Shown: piece by piece, positions 43,846 to 53,651 of the stretch | Layout of the letters: each line of letters begins with the position of its first letter | How positions within the stretch are numbered: the first letter of the stretch is position 1 | Assembly (NCBI RefSeq): GCF_000009045.1 | Contig: NC_000964.3 | Span: 2,604,001-2,668,000 of the forward strand | Length of the DNA stretch: 64,000 nucleotides | Source of the DNA: Bacillus subtilis subsp. subtilis str. 168 | GTDB lineage: Bacteria; Bacillota; Bacilli; Bacillales; Bacillaceae | Direction: 5' to 3' | Made by a program: the position numbers and the translations under genes | The notes under the pieces: model-generated | Database searches by the model: none | What the model was told of the DNA's origin: nothing | Seen by the model: the letters and a program-made list of their open reading frames with translations, nothing else

Positions 43846-43919
43846 GTGAAGCGCCTCCTTAATAAGGTTTTATAACAGCCTATGTAGGAGAAATAAATCG
43901 GACTAGGCGGTTGTCCGGC

Positions 43920-44651
43920 TCAACGCTGCAGGATCTGCCCATCTTGTATTCCTTCATATACGATCCTTGCCCCTTTAGGTGTCATATGATTTCCAGAAGG
44001 ATCTATAAGACCAGATTGGATAAGCGCTTCATCAGTTGCTTTTCCGCCGTCTGCTTCTATAAAATGCTTCCAGTTATCTACAAGAGGGACATCCAGGCGC
44101 TTCGACACATCTCTTGTAATATCGTTATATGAGTTGTGCCATTTCCTTGCTCCGCCTTTTGGTTCAAAAGCAGCTGCTTGATATCTGGAATAGTAAAACA
44201 AATGATGCTTCCCATTACCTTCTATAATTGGGATACACGTCATTAAGATTGGCTTGATCCCGTGTTTTCTGCTTTCTTCAATAAAATAAACCAGATTTTC
44301 TCTAAAACGCTGCTTCGACACTCTCGGTTTCCCCTCAGTCAGTATGGCAGCGTCATTGGTTCCGAACATAATAAACAAATACTTCGGTTTTTGATCCAGC
44401 ACATCTGTCTGAAATCGGAGACGGGCATCCTCTGTCGTCTGTCCGCCGATTCCCGCATTGAGTATATCAAGGTTACCGCGCTCAGCTGTTTTTAATATAT
44501 TGACCCACTGCTGTGCTTTTGGATAATCGCGATAATCCCAATTAGAGCCACGCGTATTACTGTCACCAAATGCTACAACGTCTTCGTATCCCCTTCCCTC
44601 GCATCCTGCTGTAACGAACAGCAGAAGGAAAAGGATGATAAAATGTTTCAT
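43920..44651 (-). CDS. yqeF: SGNH/GDSL hydrolase lipoprotein
   Basis: 243 aa; lipobox TAGC, GDSNT, NAGIGG, GTND, SGNH-like DPSGNHM. Confidence 0.88.
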   Translation of the reverse strand: MKHFIILFLLLFVTAGCEGRGYEDVVAFGDSNTRGSNWDYRDYPKAQQWVNILKTAERGNLDILNAGIGGQTTEDARLRFQTDVLDQKPKYLFIMFGTNDAAILTEGKPRVSKQRFRENLVYFIEESRKHGIKPILMTCIPIIEGNGKHHLFYYSRYQAAAFEPKGGARKWHNSYNDITRDVSKRLDVPLVDNWKHFIEADGGKATDEALIQSGLIDPSGNHMTPKGARIVYEGIQDGQILQR

Positions 44652-44843
44652 CTTTACACCCCCAAAAGCCTCACTTTAATGTTATACCTCTGTTTCTCTT
44701 CGTTCAATGAAGAGTTTTTCGCTATCACTGTTTTTTCCTATAGTTAACGTGTCCCCCTCAGTGAATATCATTCTGCTTTCATTGCGGCGCAGCTGATGAT
44801 TTTTTAAAATTCCCTTCTTTCCAATCTGAAAAACACACAAACC

Positions 44844-44886
44844 AAAGAAAAGAAAATAACCTGAATCCGCACTGGAAACAGGTTAT
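44844..44886 (-). terminator. Terminator after cwlH
   Basis: ATAACCTG/CAGGTTAT inverted repeat followed by TTTCTTTT on the - strand. Confidence 0.6.
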
Positions 44887-44902
44887 CCGTTAAATCCTGC
44901 AT

Positions 44903-45655
44903 TTACTTTAACTTCGATTTAAGCTTGGCCTTTGTTTTTGGCCCATAAATCCCGTCTGCAGTTAATCCGTTCATGAGTTGAAAACGCTTGACGGCATTCG
45001 CTGTTTTCGGTCCGTAAACTCCATCTATGCCATTGTTTTTGGCTCCCTTATCAGGGTAAAAGTGAAGTACAGCTAAAGCCTTTTGCAGCTGGAGAATGTT
45101 TGTGCCCTTTCGATAAGGCGAAGTGAGCTTTATAACCCCAGACGGCAGAGGATATGATGGTGAAGTTTCTTTTGGAGGTGTATCCGAGGAAGAAATTCCG
45201 TTTAGAAAAGAGTTCCAGTGGTCCAAGAGTTTCCGCGGACATTCTTTCCCGGACCACTTTTTGTGGGGAACAACACGATTTAACGGAATATTGTTTTCCT
45301 TCATCAGCTTTCTGATCAGCCACTGGGCATTTGATGTTGCTTTTTCAAAATCGCCGTCAGCATTTTCACAGATTTCAATCCCGATCGATTTGCGGTTTCC
45401 TGTCCCGTTTGTACCGTCTCCCGCATGCCAGCCGTTTTCATCTATCGGGAGATGCTGATAAATGACTGAATCGTCAACTGTAAAATGCCAGCTTTCGGAT
45501 GTGTTCGGGTTTTTCACAAACTTGGCGTGCATTTTCGCATCAGCGCCTTTGGCTGTATTCGCTGTATTATGCACCGTAATATAAGCAGGCGCCATCGCAT
45601 AGCCAGGACGATTATCATTTGATACCGGTATAAAATCCTTTTTTATGGTTACCAT
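44903..45655 (-). CDS. cwlH: N-acetylmuramoyl-L-alanine amidase CwlH (amidase_2 + peptidoglycan-binding domain)
   Basis: 250 aa; ITVHNTAN, SWHFTVD, WHAGDG, KECP, C-terminal DGIYGPKT repeats. Confidence 0.93.
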   Translation of the reverse strand: MVTIKKDFIPVSNDNRPGYAMAPAYITVHNTANTAKGADAKMHAKFVKNPNTSESWHFTVDDSVIYQHLPIDENGWHAGDGTNGTGNRKSIGIEICENADGDFEKATSNAQWLIRKLMKENNIPLNRVVPHKKWSGKECPRKLLDHWNSFLNGISSSDTPPKETSPSYPLPSGVIKLTSPYRKGTNILQLQKALAVLHFYPDKGAKNNGIDGVYGPKTANAVKRFQLMNGLTADGIYGPKTKAKLKSKLK

Positions 45656-45841
45656 TTCTATCCCTCCCTATTAATAAGAATGCAGAAAACAGAGAGATGG
45701 ACAGCCTTTTTTATGAGGTAAAAAAGAATTGTGTTCTTAACCTGGTTTTCAGTTGAACAGCTGAAATGGCACCAGTTATACTAATTTAGATGACGGAGGT
45801 TTTGACTCCTGACATCACCTAAGTTGGGAGTGACCATAGAC

Positions 45842-46468
45842 ATGTTAAAAAAAGTAATAGGTATACTTGTGATTATCGCTATCATTTCAGTTGGTTTTTT
45901 TCAGAAAGAAGCTTGGCTTGATGCAATCAAAGCAGGAGGGATGTTTTCCGTTTTATTTAGTATGCTGCTGATTGCTGCCGATGTTTTTTTCCCAATAGTG
46001 CCGTTTGCTTTGATTGCTGCTTTAAATGGCGCAGTGTTCGGGACTGCAAATGGAATTTGGATTACACTGACCGGCTCAATGCTTGGTACAATATTGCTGT
46101 TTTTTCTCGCCAGGTACAGTTTTAGAGATTGGGCCAGAAAAAAAGTTCAGGCCTATCCTGCCATACAAAGCTACGAGGCTTCCTTCAACAAAAACGCTTT
46201 TACCGCTGTTTTATTAGGAAGGCTGATACCTGTCATACCTTCACTTGTAATGAACGTGATCTGCGGGCTGAGCCAGGTTCGCTGGCATGTTTTTTTCTTT
46301 GCGTCTTTAATAGGGAAAATCCCCAATATTGTTGTTGTCACTATTGCAGGTGCCAATTTCACCAGCAATAAATTATTGTCTATCAGCATTTACGGTACAT
46401 ATATTCTGATCATCATGCTGGTCATTTATAAAAAGTTCCCTCATCTTCTGAAGGTGCCAAAAAAATAA
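45842..46468 (+). CDS. yqeD: TVP38/TMEM64 (DedA/SNARE-like) membrane protein
   Basis: ATG 45842 (208 aa); FFPIVP...GAVFG, RLIPVIP, GKIP. Confidence 0.85.
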   Translation: MLKKVIGILVIIAIISVGFFQKEAWLDAIKAGGMFSVLFSMLLIAADVFFPIVPFALIAALNGAVFGTANGIWITLTGSMLGTILLFFLARYSFRDWARKKVQAYPAIQSYEASFNKNAFTAVLLGRLIPVIPSLVMNVICGLSQVRWHVFFFASLIGKIPNIVVVTIAGANFTSNKLLSISIYGTYILIIMLVIYKKFPHLLKVPKK

Positions 46469-46486
46469 GGAGGCTTGTTGGCCCCC

Positions 46487-47380
46487 TTACTTTTTTTCTG
46501 TCGCATGGCCTCCAAATTCATTTCGAAGCGCAGCAACCACCTTTCCTGTAAACGTATCGTCTGTTAAAGAACGGTATCTCATCATTAGTGACATGGCGAT
46601 GACCGGCGTTGCCGTCTGCAGATCAAGCGCGGTTTCCACCGTCCATTTTCCTTCACCTGAGGAATGCATAATGCCCTTGATCTGATCCAGTTTCGCATCC
46701 TTAGCGAAAGCTCGCTCAGTCAGTCCCATAAGCCAAGAACGAATGACAGAACCATGATTCCACACTCTGGCAACCTTCTCGTAGTCAAAATCAAATTGGC
46801 TGTTTTCAAGCACTTCGAATCCTTCACCAATCGCGGCCATCATTCCATACTCAATTCCATTATGGATCATTTTTAAAAAATGTCCGCTTCCCGCTTCACC
46901 AGCGTATAGATAACCATTTTCGACGGCAGTATCACGAAAAAGCGGTTCCACAATCTCCCATGCTTCATGATCGCCCCCCACCATAAAACAGGCTCCATGC
47001 CGTGCGCCTTCCATTCCGCCCGACGTTCCGGCATCGAGATAATGGATACCCGCTTCTTTCATTTGATTGTAGCGGCGAATTGATTCTTTATAATGAGAGT
47101 TTCCAGCTTCGATAATCATATCGCCTTTACTTAATAAAGGTGATACATCACGCAAAACAGCATCGACAATGCCATGCGGTACCATAACCCATAGGATGCG
47201 CGGCGGGTGTAATAAAGAAATGAACTCTTTAAGATTTGTTGTCCCCTCAGCCCCGTATGCTTTCAGTTCATCAACAGCCGCTTGATTTACATCATATCCA
47301 ACCACTTGATGATTGCGGTCAATGAATTGCTTTCCTATGTTTATGCCCATTTTCCCTAAGCCGATTAATCCGATTTTCAT
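46487..47380 (-). CDS. yqeC: Short-chain 6-phosphogluconate dehydrogenase (NAD-type)
   Basis: 297 aa; GLIGLGKMG, EAGNS, SGG, FLKMIHNGIEYG, SGEGKWT. Confidence 0.9.
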   Translation of the reverse strand: MKIGLIGLGKMGINIGKQFIDRNHQVVGYDVNQAAVDELKAYGAEGTTNLKEFISLLHPPRILWVMVPHGIVDAVLRDVSPLLSKGDMIIEAGNSHYKESIRRYNQMKEAGIHYLDAGTSGGMEGARHGACFMVGGDHEAWEIVEPLFRDTAVENGYLYAGEAGSGHFLKMIHNGIEYGMMAAIGEGFEVLENSQFDFDYEKVARVWNHGSVIRSWLMGLTERAFAKDAKLDQIKGIMHSSGEGKWTVETALDLQTATPVIAMSLMMRYRSLTDDTFTGKVVAALRNEFGGHATEKK

Positions 47381-47631
47381 ATCTGTTCCTCCTGATTGTC
47401 TAAAAAGCCTTTACTCTTTATGTTCCCTATGGATTGTATTGTGATACGCAGAAAACAAATGGGGCTTACATCGTCTGCGCATGTAAATTTTATTTTTCAT
47501 GACCGACGGCGCCTGCCAGTTCTATTACTGAATCTCTTTATATCCATAATTATCGCTTTATCCTTGATTTACCATCAGTTTAAGTTAAAATATGGGAAGG
47601 AATTCGATTTTTTCAGTAAAAAGAAGGTGAC

Positions 47632-48354
47632 ATGTTGCAGAATCAATCTCATACTCTTATTGGAGTTACGAAAACCGCTGTATTCTTTTTATACGCTGCA
47701 CTTGCAATCATCGGTTTTGCAATCGGGTATTTTATTCCGCAGATTGCGAAATGGGCATTATCCCTCCCCTGGATCCCTCTTGAAGGACCACTTCGGCTCA
47801 TTACCTCTTTTCAGGGATCTACAGCTTCATTTATCACTGCTCTTCTCGGTATGTGTGCGGGGATTTGGTTCGCTCATTCTGTTATTGCAATGCTGCTGTC
47901 TGTCAAAATTACAGATCACACAGTGGAATTCATCAAAGGAAAAAAAGTGCAAACAATTCATTCCGATGACATCGCTCTTGTATTTATGGATCACAAACGG
48001 CTTGTCCTCCTGGGAACAGCCGGATATGAATTGGTACGGGAAGAAATTGATGAAAAACCAGTAAACGTTGAGAAGGCCTTTAGACAGCATCATTACGAAT
48101 GGGCAACAGATGGTGATCCGTTTAAAGATCAATTTCGCCGATGGATTCCTGATGCACCAGACCTATCGCAAGGCGCCCATGCCTTATTAAAAGCTCGTCA
48201 CAAAGCACTGCAGGACGAAGAAAAAGACGATATTGAAGAATTCCGTCTCGAACTGGCACAGCTGGGCATCGTTGTACGGGACGAAGGCACACGCCAATAT
48301 TGGCGAAAAGCAGAAACCTATCCCCCGAAAATTCAGCTCGGCGAAGGATTGTAA
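47632..48354 (+). CDS. yqeB: YqeB, membrane protein of unknown function
   Basis: 240 aa; two N-terminal TM segments plus a soluble domain; identity from gene order. Confidence 0.8.
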   Translation: MLQNQSHTLIGVTKTAVFFLYAALAIIGFAIGYFIPQIAKWALSLPWIPLEGPLRLITSFQGSTASFITALLGMCAGIWFAHSVIAMLLSVKITDHTVEFIKGKKVQTIHSDDIALVFMDHKRLVLLGTAGYELVREEIDEKPVNVEKAFRQHHYEWATDGDPFKDQFRRWIPDAPDLSQGAHALLKARHKALQDEEKDDIEEFRLELAQLGIVVRDEGTRQYWRKAETYPPKIQLGEGL

Positions 48355-48358
48355 CAAC

Positions 48359-48384
48359 AGAGGCTCAAGAAAGAGCCTCTTCTT
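48359..48384. terminator. Bidirectional terminator between yqeB and nucB
   Basis: AGAGGCTC-aagaaa-GAGCCTCT. Confidence 0.7.
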
Positions 48385-48386
48385 TA

Positions 48387-48797
48387 CTACTGCACAATAA
48401 ACAGCACTCTGGTACCGTCAGGATAGCTGCTCATTTGATTCCCTACCCACGAGCCGGCGCCGCGATTATCAGAAGGCGTCACATATCGGACATCAGCCCC
48501 TGCACCGCCTTCCTCGCAGACCGCCATCGGCCACTCATCCCGGTCATAGCCCGGCTTGGTCGGGATTCCCTTTAAAGATTCCTCCCGCCTTTTGTCTGCT
48601 CCATCTCTGTCAATGGTACAAATATCTGGATGTCCCTCTGCAATCGCATCCCTAATATGACTGCCGGTTTCCGGATAACGAGACAGCGGAAAATATAACA
48701 CTTTGTCATACGAAGATGCGCCTTGGATCTGTTGCGGAACCATTAAACAAAGAAGAACTGCTGCAGCAAGAAACAGGCCTGCCATCCATTTTTTCAT
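48387..48797 (-). CDS. nucB: Secreted sporulation nuclease NucB
   Basis: ATG 48797 (136 aa); signal peptide, [13 protein letters not shown] (NucA/NucB family). Confidence 0.95.
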
Positions 48798-48943
48798 CCC
48801 CATCCCCCCATACCTTTGTTCATTTCAATGTATGGGCGCTTGATGAAGAATATTTTTAACATTTGAAGTTAGTATGCTGCTTACCAAAGCCGGACTCCCC
48901 CGCGAGAAATTTCCCGGTACAGACACAGACAGCCTCCCGGTCA

Positions 48944-48951
48944 CATACATT
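48944..48951 (+). promoter_or_regulatory. -10 element of the sigK (spoIVCB) promoter (sigmaE/sigmaK type)
   Basis: CATACATT about 40 nt upstream of the start; assignment relies on known sigK regulation. Confidence 0.55.
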
Positions 48952-48992
48952 TACATATAGGCTTTTGCCTACATACTTTTGTGGAGGTGACG

Positions 48993-49463
48993 ATGGTGAC
49001 AGGTGTTTTCGCAGCGCTCGGCTTTGTTGTTAAAGAGCTTGTCTTTTTAGTATCTTACGTGAAAAACAATGCCTTTCCACAACCGCTCTCAAGCAGCGAA
49101 GAAAAAAAATACTTAGAGCTCATGGCTAAAGGGGATGAACATGCCAGAAACATGCTGATTGAGCATAATCTTCGCTTGGTCGCCCATATTGTGAAAAAGT
49201 TCGAAAATACAGGTGAGGATGCAGAGGACTTAATCTCCATCGGAACGATCGGGCTTATTAAAGGAATTGAAAGCTATTCCGCTGGAAAAGGGACAAAGCT
49301 GGCGACGTATGCAGCGAGGTGTATTGAAAATGAGATTGTAATTACAAAAGGGGGGTGCATACACCCCTCTTTAATACGTTTCAATATATATGGTGTCAGA
49401 ATCCACAATGGTAACTTCTTTCACGATAAAGTTAACAATTGTTTTTTTATCTTCAAGAGTTAA
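48993..49463 (+). CDS. spoIVCB: 5' half of the interrupted sigK gene (pro-sigmaK N-terminus); the frame runs about 43 codons into skin
   Basis: ATG 48993 / GTG 48996; pro-sequence [20 protein letters not shown], region 2 ([39 protein letters not shown]); sigma similarity stops at 49333. Confidence 0.95.
   Translation: MVTGVFAALGFVVKELVFLVSYVKNNAFPQPLSSSEEKKYLELMAKGDEHARNMLIEHNLRLVAHIVKKFENTGEDAEDLISIGTIGLIKGIESYSAGKGTKLATYAARCIENEIVITKGGCIHPSLIRFNIYGVRIHNGNFFHDKVNNCFFIFKS
49329..49333 (+). repeat. AATGA core of the skin attachment site (sigK-proximal junction)
   Basis: AATGA at codons N-E of ...RCIENE, exactly where sigma homology ends; followed by palindrome TTGTAATTACAA (49336-49347). The matching copy lies outside the window (established knowledge). 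Confidence 0.85.
49343..49372 (-). terminator. Terminator of spoIVCA, adjacent to the att site
   Basis: - strand AAAGAGGGGTG-tatg-CACCCCCCTTTT right after the spoIVCA TAA. Confidence 0.75.
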
Positions 49464-50873
49464 GTTATCTGCACCGATTGATTGAAAATAGTCGATGGCT
49501 CTTTTTAGAGCATTTTCACTTGAGCTCGTATCATCTAGGACTTTCATTTTTGACTGGATTTCGTTACACTTTTCAGTAAGCTGATTTTGCTTTTTTTGCA
49601 GTTCAATAATTTGTGCTTTGATTTCATCTATGTCTAAATCATCGTCATCGCTTAGGCTGATTAGCGTTAAAAGACGCTTGCGGCCTTTTTTTGTTTTCTC
49701 TATCTCTTTTTCAATAAGTTCTAATTCATCAGACAGGTGATTTGATTGTTCAGCCTCTTTAAAAGAAACATACTTTTGAGGATTTGTGATGAATTTAAAA
49801 ATTTCACCCCATACATGCCGGTTCAATTTATTCTCAGACATTTCTTTTCCGCAGCCGCGGTCCTTTGCGCCAGAATAATTTTTCCGGCAAGTATATACAT
49901 AGTAGTCTTTACCATGTGATTTTCTTTTCTTCCCTGTCATGGTATTTCCGCATTTTCCGCATCTAACCAAACCCGATAACAAGTAATTGTGAGGGCTGAT
50001 ACTCAAGTGTTTTCTTTTACTTTGACCTAAGAGTTCTTGAGCATAATCCCATTGTTCAGCTGGAACAATTGCTGGAATTGTCACAGTGATTTGTTCTTCT
50101 TCAGGCCTTATTTTAATTATAGATTTGTTCCCTGCCTGCTTTGAAACATAGGAACCCTCTGTATCATATTTATACTGTCTATGTTCACCCTTATAGGAAG
50201 AGTTCATTAATATTTGCCGAACAACCTGCCTGTGCCATACTTTGGCGCCTTTTTTTGTTTTAACCCCCATCTGAGTTAAATGTAGAGCAATACCATTTAC
50301 TCTGCCGAAAAAAGGGCTTTTATGATCGGTGAAATAGTTAAAAATCATCCGAATGATTTTTGCTTCCTCTTCTAATATCTCAAGAGTTCTTTTCTCTTTA
50401 ACAAATTTATAGCCATATAGTTTAGAATCTTTAATGATCATGCCTTTTTTCATTTTTTGAAGTCGGCCGCTTGATGTCCGTTCTTTGATTTTGGCTTTTT
50501 CAAATTCTGAGATTGCCCCGCGCATTGCGAAAAACAATTGACCTTCTGGAGAATTGGCGTATTCACCATTTACAAAAATCAAAGGTATGTTTCGCTTTCG
50601 CAATTCGTCATCAATGATTAGCTGATTCATTAATTTCCGAGAAAGACGGTCAGGATCGTAACAAATGACTTGACTTATAAGTCCCTTGCTTGCATCCTCC
50701 CTCAAGCGATTCAAAGCCGGACGTTCTAAAAGCTCTCCTGAAAATCCTTCATCTGCATACTTCAGCACATCTTTAGTCCCTGCTTTCTTTATACAGGCCT
50801 CGATTTGGCTGTCGATGCTCGATCCCTTGATCGCTTGTTCCTCGGTCGATACCCTTACATATATTGCTATCAC
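49371..50873 (-). CDS. spoIVCA: Large serine recombinase SpoIVCA (CisA) that excises skin
   Basis: 500 aa, GTG start; YVRVST catalytic motif, DEGFSG, DRLSR, recombinase domain, zinc ribbon CGKCG...YYVYTCR...GC, coiled coil. Confidence 0.97.
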   Translation of the reverse strand: MIAIYVRVSTEEQAIKGSSIDSQIEACIKKAGTKDVLKYADEGFSGELLERPALNRLREDASKGLISQVICYDPDRLSRKLMNQLIIDDELRKRNIPLIFVNGEYANSPEGQLFFAMRGAISEFEKAKIKERTSSGRLQKMKKGMIIKDSKLYGYKFVKEKRTLEILEEEAKIIRMIFNYFTDHKSPFFGRVNGIALHLTQMGVKTKKGAKVWHRQVVRQILMNSSYKGEHRQYKYDTEGSYVSKQAGNKSIIKIRPEEEQITVTIPAIVPAEQWDYAQELLGQSKRKHLSISPHNYLLSGLVRCGKCGNTMTGKKRKSHGKDYYVYTCRKNYSGAKDRGCGKEMSENKLNRHVWGEIFKFITNPQKYVSFKEAEQSNHLSDELELIEKEIEKTKKGRKRLLTLISLSDDDDLDIDEIKAQIIELQKKQNQLTEKCNEIQSKMKVLDDTSSSENALKRAIDYFQSIGADNLTLEDKKTIVNFIVKEVTIVDSDTIYIETY

Positions 50874-50967
50874 CCTGAATCTCCTTCCTATAAAGTTTTA
50901 TTAAATAATGATAGCAATCGTTAATGCATTTGTCAGCTTGCGGTCCCTCGATGATTATCACTTTCAT
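50773..50967 (-). CDS. 64-aa ORF upstream of and overlapping spoIVCA; candidate recombination directionality factor
   Basis: SD AAGGGGTG 9 nt before ATG 50967; [32 protein letters not shown]...; the last 101 nt overlap spoIVCA in another frame. Confidence 0.55.
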   Translation of the reverse strand: MKVIIIEGPQADKCINDCYHYLIKLYRKEIQGDSNICKGIDRGTSDQGIEHRQPNRGLYKESRD

Positions 50968-50989
50968 AAAATGCATCACCCCTTGGGTA

Positions 50990-51015
50990 ATGCTATGTAA
51001 CAGCTGTTTGTCCAA
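50990..51015 (-). promoter_or_regulatory. sigmaE-like -10 and SpoIIID box upstream of the 64-aa ORF and spoIVCA
   Basis: CATAGCAT (50997-50990) and TTGGACAAAC (51015-51006), a full match to the SpoIIID consensus WWRRACARnY. Confidence 0.6.
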
Positions 51016-51274
51016 ATGAGGAGATTTTAAATTAAACTATAGTGTTATTAAACGTTTCAATGAATATGCAAAAAATTTAAAAAAAGTTGTTGTGACTTTT
51101 CTACACTCCTTTAGGTCCTCAATAGAAAAGATTTTATTTTCTATGCCTCAACATTCGCTTATTATAGTTTTCAATGATTTATTATTATTTGAGAGTACAA
51201 TGGAGTAGTGTTTTTCATTGTTAGATAGTTAATGACATTTCACTGGTGTCAAGTTCGTATAGCTAGACATTAAT

Positions 51275-51306
51275 AAAAAAAGGACACATATAAATATGCA
51301 TCCTTT
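51275..51306 (-). terminator. Terminator of the ars operon
   Basis: - strand AAAGGATGCATA-ttta-TATGTGTCCTTT followed by TTTTT. Confidence 0.75.
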
Positions 51307-51321
51307 AACAAAAGAGTTTAT

Positions 51322-51741
51322 TTATTTCCCTGTTTCAGCAAATTCCTTCAACCTATTCCCTATTTCATCACGAACTCTTTGGAAAAACGCCCATTTTTCT
51401 TCTTCTGTCCCTTGTGCTCTTGCCGGATCATCAAAACCCCAATGCTCACGTTTTACATGTGGAGGCGTCATCGGGCATTTATCAGCAGCATCTCCACAAA
51501 GCGTAACAACTAAATCAGCATTGTTCAGAATATCAGAATCGATTATATCTGACGTTTGATTAGAGATATCTATACCAACTTCCTTCATCGCTTTAACAGC
51601 ATTCGGATTTAATCCATGTGCTTCTATCCCCGCGCTATACACTTTCCACTCATCACCTAAATATTGTTTAGCCCATCCTTCAGCCATTTGGCTCCGGCAA
51701 GAGTTCCCTGTACATAAAAAGTAAATGATTTTATTCTCCAT
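51322..51741 (-). CDS. arsC: Thioredoxin-coupled arsenate reductase (LMW-PTP fold)
   Basis: ATG 51741 (139 aa); [25 protein letters not shown]. Confidence 0.97.
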   Translation of the reverse strand: MENKIIYFLCTGNSCRSQMAEGWAKQYLGDEWKVYSAGIEAHGLNPNAVKAMKEVGIDISNQTSDIIDSDILNNADLVVTLCGDAADKCPMTPPHVKREHWGFDDPARAQGTEEEKWAFFQRVRDEIGNRLKEFAETGK

Positions 51742-51752
51742 ATATTCCACCT

Positions 51753-52793
51753 CTACATCGAGTGACTTCCAAAGTATTTTCGTTGAAACCATAAAGCAAC
51801 CTTAACAAGTGCTATCATGACTGGCACTTCTACAAGCGGACCAATTACGGCGGCAAATGCTGCACCCGAATGAATTCCAAATACACCAACAGCTACAGCA
51901 ATCGCTAATTCAAAGTTATTGCTTCCTGCTGTAAAAGCTAAAGTAGTAGTTACAGCATAGTTTGCCCCGATTTTCTTCCCTAAAAAGAAGGAAACAAAGA
52001 ACATTAAAACAAAGTAAATCAATAATGGAATCGCAACTCGGACAACATCTAACGGCAAGCTAACAATTACATCACCTTTTAAGGAAAACATGACGATAAT
52101 TGTAAATAGCAAAGCAATTAACGTAATTGGACTAATCTTAGGAATGAACACTTTTTCATACCATTCTTTGCCCTTCACTTTTACAAAAATATAACGTGTC
52201 ACCATTCCTGCAATAAAAGGAACTCCAAGGTAAATGAATACTGATTTTGCGACTTCTGCCATCGTAATATTCACTACTGCTCCTTCCATCCCTAACCATT
52301 GCGGAATAACTGTTACAAAAATGTAAGCATAAACTGAGAAAAAAAGCATTTGGAAAATTGAGTTGAAAGCAACTAATCCTGCCGCGTATTCCGTATCACC
52401 TTTTGATAAGTCATTCCAAACAATAACCATCGCAATACAGCGAGCTAATCCAATCATAATAAGCCCAATCATATACTCCGGTTTATCTGGCAAAAAGATG
52501 ATAGCCAAAATAAACATGAGAGTCGGTCCGATGATCCAGTTTTGCACTAAAGATAAAATTAACACTTTAATATCTTTAAATACCCGTCCAATTTCTTCAT
52601 ATCGAACCTTTGCTAGTGGTGGATACATCATTAATACTAATCCAATAGCTAAAGGGATAGATGTAGTTCCTACTTGTAATTTGTTTAATCCACCAACAAA
52701 ACTCGGAAATATAAAACCTAATCCTATCCCCAATGCCATCGCAAGAAAAATCCAGATGGTTAAATAACGGTCTAAAAAAGATAAACGTTTCAT
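51753..52793 (-). CDS. arsB: Arsenite efflux pump of the Acr3 family (historically named arsB)
   Basis: ATG 52793 (346 aa); [42 protein letters not shown] are Acr3 motifs. Confidence 0.93.
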
Positions 52794-52815
52794 TACTTTA
52801 TCCTCACCTTTTTTA

Positions 52816-53256
52816 CTAACAGCAAGAGTTCGTTGTAATATCACTTGGCGGTGTTACACAACAAGAGGAGGAATCTTGTTTTTGAACCTCGCTGTTCGAT
52901 TTGGTATAGAAAAATTCCCACTCGTTCCCATCTGGATCAGTAATCCAAAATTTATCTTGGACTGCATAACAACAAGTCGTATCCATTTCTTCACGTGCAA
53001 AAAACCCTTCTTTTTCAAGCCTTTTCTTGTGTTTCAAAACTTCTTCCAAACTATCTACTTGGAATCCAAAATGATTCACTTGATTTCCCTTCACCTCATC
53101 TGCGACATTTAAAGTGAAATTCAGTCCAGGAGTCTCTAATAGAAACTTTGCATAGTCTGTTTTTACTTTTACAGCCTTTACTCCAAAAACTTTTTCATAA
53201 AAATTGATCGATTTCTCTAAACTGACAACGTTAACCCCTACATGAACATATTTCAT
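52816..53256 (-). CDS. yqcK: ArsI-family C-As lyase (VOC/glyoxalase fold)
   Basis: 146 aa; [37 protein letters not shown], three vicinal Cys pairs. Confidence 0.88.
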
Positions 53257-53280
53257 TTTAATTCCCCCTCTTATATATTA

Positions 53281-53326
53281 ATCAAAAAAATTTGATATAA
53301 TACCTAAAAAATTTTTTTAGCAGCAA
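53281..53326 (-). promoter_or_regulatory. Internal ArsR-type operator with promoter-like elements before yqcK
   Basis: ATCAA-N6-TTGAT at 53281-53296 directly after TTGCTG(53326-53321)-18 bp-TATTAT(53302-53297). Confidence 0.5.
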
Positions 53327-53634
53327 TCTCCTTCACCTTTTTTTCTAAATATACAACAAAGCTCTTCTGATAATAAACCATTTACTTCCTCATCATTTAG
53401 ATCATAATAACTCCATGTTCCCTTTGTCTCTTTCGTTATTAAGTTGGCATCCAATAAAATTTTTAGATGATAAGAAAGTTTAGATTGCGTCACCTCAAAA
53501 ATCTCAGTCAGATCACAAACACAGGTTTTTCCCCTTTGACAAAGTTCATACATGATCTCTAATCGTTTCTGATCAGCAAGAGCCTTAAATTTTTGTTCAT
53601 ATTTCCGTAGCAGTTCTGATTTCGTCTCATCCAT
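53317..53634 (-). CDS. arsR: Arsenic-responsive repressor ArsR
   Basis: 105 aa; FKALADQKRLEI, TCVCDL, QSKLSYHLKIL, C-terminal CC pairs. Confidence 0.96.
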   Translation of the reverse strand: MDETKSELLRKYEQKFKALADQKRLEIMYELCQRGKTCVCDLTEIFEVTQSKLSYHLKILLDANLITKETKGTWSYYDLNDEEVNGLLSEELCCIFRKKGEGDCC

Positions 53635-53651
53635 TCATATCGCCTTCTTTA

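Noticed and set aside
47396-48132. 222-aa + ORF 47396..48064 and 101-aa - ORF 47827..48132
   Set aside because: Both overlap yqeB out of frame or antisense, have an unnatural composition and lack an SD.
51018-51270. Short open stretches in the AT-rich gap between spoIVCA and arsC
   Set aside because: No start codon correctly spaced from an SD and no recognisable motif. Possibly decayed sequence, but unsupported.
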